Shown in pieces: positions 56,687-64,000 of a DNA stretch of 64,000 bases. Location of the stretch: the NCBI GenBank assembly GCA_963768655.1, contig CAVYIM010000003.1, forward strand, positions 640,001-704,000, written 5' to 3'. The stretch comes from an uncultured Chloroflexia bacterium. Its GTDB lineage: Bacteria > Chloroflexota > Limnocylindria > Limnocylindrales > CSP1-4. Below the pieces are notes generated by a model. The model had not been told where the DNA came from. It worked only from the letters and a program-made list of their open reading frames with translations, and made no database searches. The translations under genes were made by a program, and so were the position numbers. The first letter of the stretch is position 1. Each line of letters opens with the position of its first letter.

Positions 56687-57475
56687 TCAAGCCGCTCCGT
56701 GCGCGTCGATGAATCGTCTCACACGTGCCCAGGCGTCGTCAGACTGAGTTTGAAACTCTGCCTGCTTGCGGTCGAAGAAGCTGTGGGGGGCATCCGGCTC
56801 CACGACGATGTCGTTCTCCACGTGGGCTGCTTGCAGGGCGTCGCGGAAGGACTGCACGACCGAAAGCGGGATGCCCTGGTCGGCCCCGCCGAAGATGCCC
56901 AGGACGGGGCAGTCGAACCGGTCGACGGTTTCGGTGGGAGCCGGCGTGTCGTTGCGGGACGGCCCGCCCGGCCAGCCGTAGAAACCGATGACGCCCGCCA
57001 GCCCCAGTCCCAGAGTGGCGGACAGGAAGGCGTTGCGGCCGCCCATGCAGAAGCCGGTCACGAAGATCGCGGGCCGGGCAGGCGCCGTGCCGGCCACCTT
57101 CAAGCCCCGGTCGCGCAGGAAGGCCGCGGCCGCCACGATGTCGGCCGACAGCCCGGCCCACGTCGTCTGGGCCACGTGTGGGCCCGAGTCGAATGTTTCG
57201 TCGCGATCGGCGATCCCCGCCGTCCGGCCGAAGTAGTCGATGGCGATCGCCTCGACGCCGGCCTCGGCGAAACGCACGGCCAGCTCCTCGTAGTAGCGGT
57301 ACAGGCCGCGAACGTCGGGCAGGATGATGATGGCCTTGCCGGTCGGCGCGGACGGCCAGACATGGAAGGCTTTGAATCGATTGCCGTCGGCGGCGGAGAG
57401 GATGAGCGGCTCGCGCTCCACGGCGGGCCCGGCCGTTGCCTCTATCGGCGGCTCGCTGTCCAGATCGAAGCACAT
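56687..57475 (-). CDS. Dienelactone hydrolase family protein
   Basis: PDVRGL, GFCMGG nucleophile, GGADQGI, APHSFFD; SD AGGAG. Confidence 0.93.
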   Translation of the reverse strand: MCFDLDSEPPIEATAGPAVEREPLILSAADGNRFKAFHVWPSAPTGKAIIILPDVRGLYRYYEELAVRFAEAGVEAIAIDYFGRTAGIADRDETFDSGPHVAQTTWAGLSADIVAAAAFLRDRGLKVAGTAPARPAIFVTGFCMGGRNAFLSATLGLGLAGVIGFYGWPGGPSRNDTPAPTETVDRFDCPVLGIFGGADQGIPLSVVQSFRDALQAAHVENDIVVEPDAPHSFFDRKQAEFQTQSDDAWARVRRFIDAHGAA

Positions 57476-57599
57476 AGCTCGACTCCTGTGGGTGGTGTGG
57501 AGCCCATTCTTCCAGCTGGCCCCCCGGACGACATTGCAAGCGACCCCGGTTGCGCCTCGCGGTGCCGAGAGGGCCGCGCTCGCTGGTAGAATGCCCGCC

Positions 57600-58898
57600 A
57601 TGCCCAAACCGCTCGTCGTCCAGAAGTACGGCGGCTCGTCCGTCGCCAACGCAGACCGAATCCGGCGCGTGGCCGCGCGCGTCGCCCGCGAGCGGGCCAG
57701 CGGCTGCGACCTGGTGGTCGTCGTGTCGGCGATGGGCGAGACCACGGACGAGCTGCTCGCCCTGGCGGGCGCCATCACCGACGAGCCGGATGCGCGCGAG
57801 CTCGACATGCTCCTCGCGACCGGAGAGCACCAGAGCGCCACTCTCGTGTCGATGGCCCTGCACGCGCTGGGCGTGCCGGCGATCGCGCTGTCCGGCGCTC
57901 AGGCGGGCATCACTACCGACGGCAACTACGGCAAGGCCCGCATCGCGGGCATCGACCCCAAGCGCATCTTCTCCGAGCTCGAGGCAGGCCGAGTCGTCAT
58001 CGTCGCGGGCTTCCAGGGCCAGAGCGTGCGAGACCCGCATCTGTCCGAGATCACCACGCTGGGCCGCGGCGGCTCGGACACGACCGGCGTCGCGCTTGCG
58101 GCCGCTCTCGAAGCCGACCGCTGCCAGATCTTCACCGACGTTCGGGGCATCTACACCGCCGATCCCCGTCTCGTGCCCGAGGCCCGCCAGCTGCCGGTCA
58201 TCTCGTACGAGGAGATGATGGAGCTGGCGCACCAGGGTGCTCAGGTGATGCAGGTCCGGGCCGTCGAGCTCGGTTGGGTCAACAACGTCGTCATCGAGGT
58301 GCTGAGCTCGTTCGAAGACGTCCCCGGCACGCTGATCAAGGAGGACCCGTTCGTGGAGCAGCGCAACAAGGTTCGCGGGCTGGCCCACGACCGCAACGTG
58401 GCCAAGGTCACACTCGTGGAAGTTCCAGACCGGCCCGGAGTCGCTCACTCGGTCTTCGCGCCGCTGGCCGAGGCGGGCATCAACGTCGACACGATCGTGC
58501 AGAACGTCGGCCATCACGGCACGACGGACCTGAGCTTCACGATCACCCGTGGCGACCTCGCCAAGACCAAGCGCATCCTCGAGCCCATCGTCCGCGAGCT
58601 CGGCTTCCGCGAGATGACCACCGACTCGGCGATGGCGAAAGTGTCGATCGTCGGGGCCGGCATCCAGAACGCGCCGGGCTACGCCTCGCGCATGTTCGCC
58701 GCGCTGGCCGAGGCCGGCGTGAACATCGAGATCATCTCTACCTCGGAGATCCGCATCACCTGCATGATCGCCGAGGACCAGGTCGAGACCGCCGTTCGCG
58801 CCCTGCACAAGGCCTTCGCGCTCGAGGAGCCCGAGCCGCTGGTACAGGACGAAGCTGGAGCGGCGGGCACCGGCGGGGCGACGAAGACGGGCGCGTGA
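57600..58898 (+). CDS. lysC: Aspartate kinase
   Basis: VQKYGGSSV, VVSAMG, TTLGRGGSDT, TDVRGIYTADPR, two ACT domains. Confidence 0.97.
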   Translation: MPKPLVVQKYGGSSVANADRIRRVAARVARERASGCDLVVVVSAMGETTDELLALAGAITDEPDARELDMLLATGEHQSATLVSMALHALGVPAIALSGAQAGITTDGNYGKARIAGIDPKRIFSELEAGRVVIVAGFQGQSVRDPHLSEITTLGRGGSDTTGVALAAALEADRCQIFTDVRGIYTADPRLVPEARQLPVISYEEMMELAHQGAQVMQVRAVELGWVNNVVIEVLSSFEDVPGTLIKEDPFVEQRNKVRGLAHDRNVAKVTLVEVPDRPGVAHSVFAPLAEAGINVDTIVQNVGHHGTTDLSFTITRGDLAKTKRILEPIVRELGFREMTTDSAMAKVSIVGAGIQNAPGYASRMFAALAEAGVNIEIISTSEIRITCMIAEDQVETAVRALHKAFALEEPEPLVQDEAGAAGTGGATKTGA

Positions 58899-59833
58899 CC
58901 ACGAGCGTCGCGTTTCTCTCGCGACACGAGCGGTTCCGATCGGCCCCTTCCACTAACGACATCGTCCGAAGCTGGCTGATCGCGGGAACCGCCGAGGTCT
59001 GCCTCGCCGTGGCCGGCGAGCAGACTGCCGGTCGCGGGCGGGCCGGTCGATCCTGGGTGGCGCCGAGCGGCGCCGCCCTGCTGCTGTCGCTCGGCTTTCG
59101 GCCGGCCTACCTGGCCGCCGACCGCCTGTGGAGATTGGCCGCGGTGGTTTCGCTGGCGATGGCCGACGCGGCCGAAGAGGTTGCCGGGTTGGCGGTCGGC
59201 AGACTTCGGCTGAAGTGGCCGAATGACATCGTCGTCGAGACGGCAGCGTACACGAGTGGCGCCGTGGGGAGGGGCGCCGTCGCGAGTCGCGCCGCCAGTC
59301 GCGCCACGGAGGGTGGCCATCGAGCGGCGGGCCTTCGCAAGATCGCCGGCGTCCTGGGCGAAACCGAGGGCGCCGGCACGGCCGATGCGCTGGCAATCGT
59401 GGGCATCGGCGTCAACGCCGACTGGCCGCCCGCCCTCTTCCCGGCGGAGCTGGCCAATTCGATGACGAGCCTGCACGAAGTCTCAGGCGGCCGTCGCATC
59501 GACGCCGACCAGCTGCTCGACGCCTTCCTGACGCGCCTGGAACCGCGCATCCTGGCGTTGCGCGACGGCCACTTCGACGTGGCCGGGTGGCACGATCGCC
59601 AGGTGACCACGGGGCGAATTGTTCGACTCGAGATGCATGCCGGGGAAGCAGAGGATCTCCGCGCGGTCGGCGTCGACGGAGCCACGGGGGCGCTGCTGGT
59701 CGAAGACCCGGCCGCTCCCGGCGCGGAGCGCGAGGTTCTGGCGGGGGAGGTTGTCCACGTGCGCCTGGCCGCCGGCGGCGACGCAGCCGAGTCGCGCTCG
59801 CCCGCTCGTGCCCGCCCGGATGTAACGCCGTGA
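58895..59833 (+). CDS. birA: Biotin--protein ligase, lacking an N-terminal HTH
   Basis: STND, QTAGRGRAGRSW, LKWPND, KIAGVLGE, GIGVN. Confidence 0.93.
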   Translation: MTTSVAFLSRHERFRSAPSTNDIVRSWLIAGTAEVCLAVAGEQTAGRGRAGRSWVAPSGAALLLSLGFRPAYLAADRLWRLAAVVSLAMADAAEEVAGLAVGRLRLKWPNDIVVETAAYTSGAVGRGAVASRAASRATEGGHRAAGLRKIAGVLGETEGAGTADALAIVGIGVNADWPPALFPAELANSMTSLHEVSGGRRIDADQLLDAFLTRLEPRILALRDGHFDVAGWHDRQVTTGRIVRLEMHAGEAEDLRAVGVDGATGALLVEDPAAPGAEREVLAGEVVHVRLAAGGDAAESRSPARARPDVTP

Positions 59834-60480
59834 GCCGGCCGGTGTTTAGCAGTACGGAGGAGGGCGCCCGTCCCGCCCGGCTGGATCGCGACCGCGGTCT
59901 GGTCGAAGCGGCCCGGCGCGATCCCGCCCGTTTCGACGCCCTCTACAGGAAGTACCTCGCCCAGGTGTACAGCTACGCGTACTACGAGCTCCGGGACCAC
60001 CACGCCGCCGAGGACGCCACCGAGCGCGTGTTCATGCAGGCGCTGACCGGGTTGCCGCGCTTCGAGGAGCGGGCCGACTCGTTCATCCGCGCCGGCGGCA
60101 CGGGCGACGCCCCGGCCGATATCCCGGTCGACGCCTCGACCTTCCGCGTCTGGCTGTTCCGCATCGCCCGCAACGTGGTGGCCAACGAGCGCCGGCGCGA
60201 CCGTCGCCGCCCGGTGGCTCCGCTCGAGCAAGCCGTCGGTCTCGCCGCCGCGGACGACATCTTCGAGTCCGCCGCCGCCCACGAGGCCGGCAACGCCGCC
60301 TGGCAGGCGGTCGCGCGCCTGCCGGAGGATCGGCGGCGGGCCGTGGTCCTGCGCTTCGTGGACGAGATGTCGACGGCCGAGATCGCCGAGGTCCTGGGCC
60401 GCTCGGAGGGAGCGGTTCGAGTGCTGCTTCATCGGGCCCTGCGTTCCGTCGCGGCGGATCTGCGCGGGAGGCTGAGCTGA
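59830..60480 (+). CDS. ECF RNA polymerase sigma factor
   Basis: FDALYRKY, AEDAT, WLFRIARN, EIAEVLGRSEGAVRVLLHRA. Confidence 0.93.
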   Translation: MSRPVFSSTEEGARPARLDRDRGLVEAARRDPARFDALYRKYLAQVYSYAYYELRDHHAAEDATERVFMQALTGLPRFEERADSFIRAGGTGDAPADIPVDASTFRVWLFRIARNVVANERRRDRRRPVAPLEQAVGLAAADDIFESAAAHEAGNAAWQAVARLPEDRRRAVVLRFVDEMSTAEIAEVLGRSEGAVRVLLHRALRSVAADLRGRLS

Positions 60481-61082
60481 TGCTGGGCGGCGCGTCGCGG
60501 GACGCCCGTCGGACCGAGCGCTATCTCGACGGCCTGATGGAGGCCGAGGAGCGCGGCGCGGCCGAGGTTCCAATGGATCTCGACCTGGACCCTGCCGTCC
60601 TGCTCGCCGCCAGCGAGTTGCGAGCGAGCCTCGTTCGCGTGCACCCGTCCTTCCGGTTCGAGGAAGGCCTGGCCGCTCGACTGGCGCTGACCGCCGGCGG
60701 GGCTCGGGGAGCGCACAGCAACGAACCGGCGCCGCCCGCAACGGCGTCGATCGCGCCTTTCCGGGTGCCGGGTTTCGCCGCCGGCGACGGCGCAGTCGCG
60801 GCCGATGAACCTGCCGCCACGCGCGACAGCTTCGCCGCCTCCGCGACACCGCATAGACTGTCCCTGACCGCGCGACCCTCTCGCCCGCTCGTCGTTGGCG
60901 GCGTGGGCGTAGCGTCGGCGGCCATATCAATCGGCGCCGTCTACGTTGCCTGGCGATGGTCGCGCGCCTCTCAATCGCCAATGGTTCGCGCCGTGCGTGC
61001 CGGCAGATCCGGCCGCGCATATGCGTCCGGACACGGCCGTCGCGCCGCAGTCCTCCACGGAATCCTCGGAGTGATGCCCTGA
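60480..61082 (+). CDS. Hypothetical membrane-anchored protein, putative anti-sigma factor
   Basis: TGATG coupling to the sigma gene; PSFRFEEGL segment and a single TM helix (GGVGVASAAISIGAVYVAW). Confidence 0.65.
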   Translation: MLGGASRDARRTERYLDGLMEAEERGAAEVPMDLDLDPAVLLAASELRASLVRVHPSFRFEEGLAARLALTAGGARGAHSNEPAPPATASIAPFRVPGFAAGDGAVAADEPAATRDSFAASATPHRLSLTARPSRPLVVGGVGVASAAISIGAVYVAWRWSRASQSPMVRAVRAGRSGRAYASGHGRRAAVLHGILGVMP

Positions 61083-62053
61083 TGCCGGTCCGACTCCCGT
61101 TCCGACCTCGCCGCGATGCCTACCCGCCCGACCTGTGGACCAAGTGCCCCGGCTGCGCGGAGATGCTGTTCAACAAGCAGCTGGACAAGACGCTGCGGGT
61201 CTGCCCGCACTGCGGCCATCACTTCCGCATCTCCGCGAAAGCTCGGATCGAGCAGCTCGTGGATCCCGGATCGTTCGTAGAGCGAGACGCGGACCTGACG
61301 CCCGTCGACGCCCTCGAGTTCGTGGACCTCAAGACCTACCCCGATCGACTCATGGCCGCCCAGCTCGCCACCGGACTGCGCGACGCCGCGATCTGGGGGC
61401 TGGCGGCGATGGGCGGCAAGACGATCTCGATGTGCGTCATGGACTTCGGCTTCATCGGCGGCTCGATGGGCTCCGTCATGGGCGAAAAGGTGGCCCGCGC
61501 CGGCGAGGCCGCTCTCGCCGAGCGCATCCCGCTCCTGATCGTCTCGTCGTCCGGCGGGGCCAGGATGCAGGAAGGCACCTATTCGCTGATGCAGCTCGTC
61601 AAGACGATGAGCGTGATGGAGCGCCTCAGGGCGGCGCGCGTGCCCTTCATCTCCGTCATGACGGACCCAACGACGGGTGGCGTATTCGCGTCGTTCGCGG
61701 TGGTCGGCGACGTCAACCTGGCCGAGCCCAACGCCCTTATCCGCTTCGCCGGAGACCGTGTCTCGGCCGGGACCATCGGCGAGGAGCTGCCGCCCGGCTA
61801 TGCGCGCGCCGAGTTCTGGTTCAGCCACGGGTTCGTCGACCGGATCGTGCCTCGAGCGCGACTCAGGGACGAGATCATCGCGTTGCTCGGGTTCCTCAGC
61901 GCTCCCACGAACGGCCACGCCGAGCCGCCCGGCCCGACGTCCCGGTCGCGGTCGTTCCTCAATGCCCTCACCGGAGCGCGCAACGCCGAGGGCAACGGCA
62001 AATCCCGCGCCCCCGAAGCGGGGCAGGCTCGCGGAGGGGCCACCAATGGTTGA
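61082..62053 (+). CDS. accD: Acetyl-CoA carboxylase carboxyltransferase beta subunit
   Basis: LWTKCPGC...VCPHC zinc finger, FIGGSMGSVMGEK, SGGARMQEG, PTTGGVFASF. Confidence 0.96.
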   Translation: MPVRLPFRPRRDAYPPDLWTKCPGCAEMLFNKQLDKTLRVCPHCGHHFRISAKARIEQLVDPGSFVERDADLTPVDALEFVDLKTYPDRLMAAQLATGLRDAAIWGLAAMGGKTISMCVMDFGFIGGSMGSVMGEKVARAGEAALAERIPLLIVSSSGGARMQEGTYSLMQLVKTMSVMERLRAARVPFISVMTDPTTGGVFASFAVVGDVNLAEPNALIRFAGDRVSAGTIGEELPPGYARAEFWFSHGFVDRIVPRARLRDEIIALLGFLSAPTNGHAEPPGPTSRSRSFLNALTGARNAEGNGKSRAPEAGQARGGATNG

Positions 62054-63032
62054 CCGACTTCTGGGTCGGCACGGACCGGGCGAAGCCCGCGCGGAGGACC
62101 CGGCCGCGGCGGTGTGGGCCCACGTCCAGCAGGCGCGCAACCTCAAGCGCCCGCACACTCTGGAACTGGTCAGAGCCATCGCCGACGAATTCATCGAGCT
62201 GCACGGCGACCGGCTCTTCGGCGACGACACGGCGATCGTCGCCGGCCTGGCGCGCATCGCCGGCCGCCGCGTCGTGGTGATCGGCTTCCAGAAGGGCCAG
62301 GACACCGAGGAGAACATCCGGCGCAACTTCGGCCTGCCGCATCCCGAGGGCTACCGCAAGGCGATGCGGGTCATGGATCTGGCCGAACGCTTCGCCATGC
62401 CGGTGCTCACCTTCGTCGACGTCCAGGGTGCGTTCCCCGGCGCGGCGGCCGAGGAGCGAGGCATCGCCGAGGCGATCGCGAAATCCGTCGGGATGTTGTC
62501 TCGCCTGCGGACCCCGGTCGTCGTCGTGATCACCGGCGAGGGTGGCTCGGGAGGAGCGCTTGGACTCGCCGTCGGCGACACGATCATCGCCCTGGAGAAC
62601 TCGATCTACTCCGTCATCAGCCCCGAGGGCTGCGCCACCATCCTGTGGCGCTCCGGCGAGCAGAGCCACCAGGCCGCGATGGCGATGAAGGTCACCGCCA
62701 ACGAGCAGCAGGAGCTGGGCATCGTCGACATCGTCATCCCCGAACCTGGCGAGGGCGCCCACACCGATCCGGCCGAGACTGCCAGGCGGATAAAAGAGGT
62801 CGTCCTGGAGCGGTTCGACGTCCTGGGCCGCATCCCGCTCGACGAGCTCGTGGAGGCCCGTTTCAAGAAGTTCCGGGTCATGGGCCCCTATGTCGTCGCC
62901 GACCGCCCGGCGCCGCCGCCGGAGCGGACCGGCATCACCGACAGGCTGCGGGGCCTGCTCTCGAACATGCCGTCGATGCCGTCCCTGCCCGGTACCAGGC
63001 GCGACGTGCCGCCCGGCCGGGAGGAGGTCTAG
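62046..63032 (+). CDS. accA: Acetyl-CoA carboxylase carboxyltransferase alpha subunit
   Basis: ELHGDR, NFGLPHPEGYRKA, GEGGSGGAL, YSVISPEGCATILW. Confidence 0.96.
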   Translation: MVDRLLGRHGPGEARAEDPAAAVWAHVQQARNLKRPHTLELVRAIADEFIELHGDRLFGDDTAIVAGLARIAGRRVVVIGFQKGQDTEENIRRNFGLPHPEGYRKAMRVMDLAERFAMPVLTFVDVQGAFPGAAAEERGIAEAIAKSVGMLSRLRTPVVVVITGEGGSGGALGLAVGDTIIALENSIYSVISPEGCATILWRSGEQSHQAAMAMKVTANEQQELGIVDIVIPEPGEGAHTDPAETARRIKEVVLERFDVLGRIPLDELVEARFKKFRVMGPYVVADRPAPPPERTGITDRLRGLLSNMPSMPSLPGTRRDVPPGREEV

Positions 63033-63035
63033 CCG

Positions 63036-63728
63036 ATGCCGGCACATCGAAACGGCCCGACCGGCACGTCCGGACACGCCGCCGGAGCCACGTCAGGAGC
63101 CACGTCCGGAGCGCGCGCCAGAGGCCTGGACGCGCGCACGGAACGAGACCACGCGGCCATCTCCGATCTGGCCGACGATCTACTCCCGGCCCTAATCGCC
63201 AAGCTGGCCGCCAGCGGACTCGGCGAGATCGAGGTCCGCGAAGGGGAGTGGAAGGCTCGCCTACGCAAGCCTTCCGGGATCGACGACCGCAAGGGATCCG
63301 GACACGGCCCCGGGGAGGGGCACTCCGGCTACGGCCATGCCACGAGCCGCGGCCCGGCCGCGAGCGCCGGCCGCACCGTCGCCGAGGAGCGCGAGCGGCT
63401 CGCCCGCGAGGGGGAAGAGGCCCGGCAGGCGGCCAACCTGCCGATCGTGGCCATCTCTCCCGCGGTCGGGATCTTTCAGCCGCGCAAGGACCTGGCCGCC
63501 GGGATGAGGGTCCGCGCCGGCGATCGCCTTGGCACGGTGGACGTGCTCGGCGTGCGTGAGGACGTGGTTGCGCCGATGGACGGCGTAGTCGGGCCGAGCC
63601 TGGCCGAGGCCGGAGAGGCCGTCGAGTACGGACAGGAGCTGATTCGGATCGAGCTGCCGGAGAACTCTCGCAGTCTCGAAGTCAACGGCGCGGACCGCGA
63701 GGCGGCCGCCGTCCTCGGGGAAGCCTGA
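63036..63728 (+). CDS. BCCP (AccB)-like protein lacking the biotinylation lysine
   Basis: BCCP N-terminal motif [18 protein letters not shown] and biotinyl-domain motifs SPAVGIF...G..V..GD.LG...VEYGQEL, but EAMKM is replaced by DVLGV (63540-63554). Confidence 0.85.
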   Translation: MPAHRNGPTGTSGHAAGATSGATSGARARGLDARTERDHAAISDLADDLLPALIAKLAASGLGEIEVREGEWKARLRKPSGIDDRKGSGHGPGEGHSGYGHATSRGPAASAGRTVAEERERLAREGEEARQAANLPIVAISPAVGIFQPRKDLAAGMRVRAGDRLGTVDVLGVREDVVAPMDGVVGPSLAEAGEAVEYGQELIRIELPENSRSLEVNGADREAAAVLGEA

Positions 63729-64000
63729 TGTTCAGCAAGATCCTGATCGCCAATCGGGGCGAAATCGCCCTCCGGGTCCTGCGCGCTTGCCGGACCCTCG
63801 GAGTCGGGGCGGTGGTCGCCTACAGCGAGGCCGATCGCGACAGCCTGGCCGCCCAGCTCGCCGACGAGGCGATCTGCATCGGCCCGGCGGACGCGCGGCG
63901 CAGCTACCTGTCGGCCCCGGCCGTGATCTCGGCCGCGGTCGTGACCGGCTGCGACGCGATCCATCCCGGCTACGGGTTCCTGTCCGAGGATGCGGGCTTC
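63728..64000 (+). CDS. accC: Biotin carboxylase (3'-truncated by window edge)
   Basis: [21 protein letters not shown]...ADEAICIGP...SYL...[11 protein letters not shown]; TGATG coupling. Confidence 0.95.
   Translation, partial: MFSKILIANRGEIALRVLRACRTLGVGAVVAYSEADRDSLAAQLADEAICIGPADARRSYLSAPAVISAAVVTGCDAIHPGYGFLSEDAGF

Overview
A very GC-rich bacterial chromosomal segment. A Chloroflexota origin (possibly Limnocylindria/Ellin6529-like) is my inference from a small SWIM-finger protein, Firmicute-type gene order and many Pro/Thr-linker lipoproteins; no search was run. The core backbone is: sugar ABC genes; CIRCE-hrcA-grpE-dnaK ... dnaJ-prmA-mtaB-HIT ... rpsU-yqeY-7TM/HD(PgpH-like)-ybeY-pth-mfd; an OatA-like acyltransferase; apt-GNAT-ahcY-metK-manC-PMM; trpS; hom-thrC; thrH; and lysC-birA-ECF sigma/anti-sigma-accD-accA-accB-like-accC. 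An accessory stretch at about 43.7-56.7 kb holds beta-propeller/Ig lipoproteins, a VapBC-type toxin-antitoxin pair, an ECF pair and two very acidic repeat-domain paralogues. The most notable observations are: (1) the BCCP-like gene of the acc operon has DVLGV in place of EAMKM, so it cannot be biotinylated and resembles plant BADC proteins; (2) three same-orientation tRNA-Pro 3'-end fragments bound small gene cassettes, with no intact tRNA or integrase in the window; (3) two tandem acidic proteins carry four copies of a helical domain I cannot name; (4) a ~190-nt self-complementary element sits where rsmE normally lies; (5) many genes look leaderless. Frameshifts in ahcY and an acyl-CoA ligase look like long-read indel errors. 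No CRISPR array, rRNA, intact tRNA or transposase was seen.
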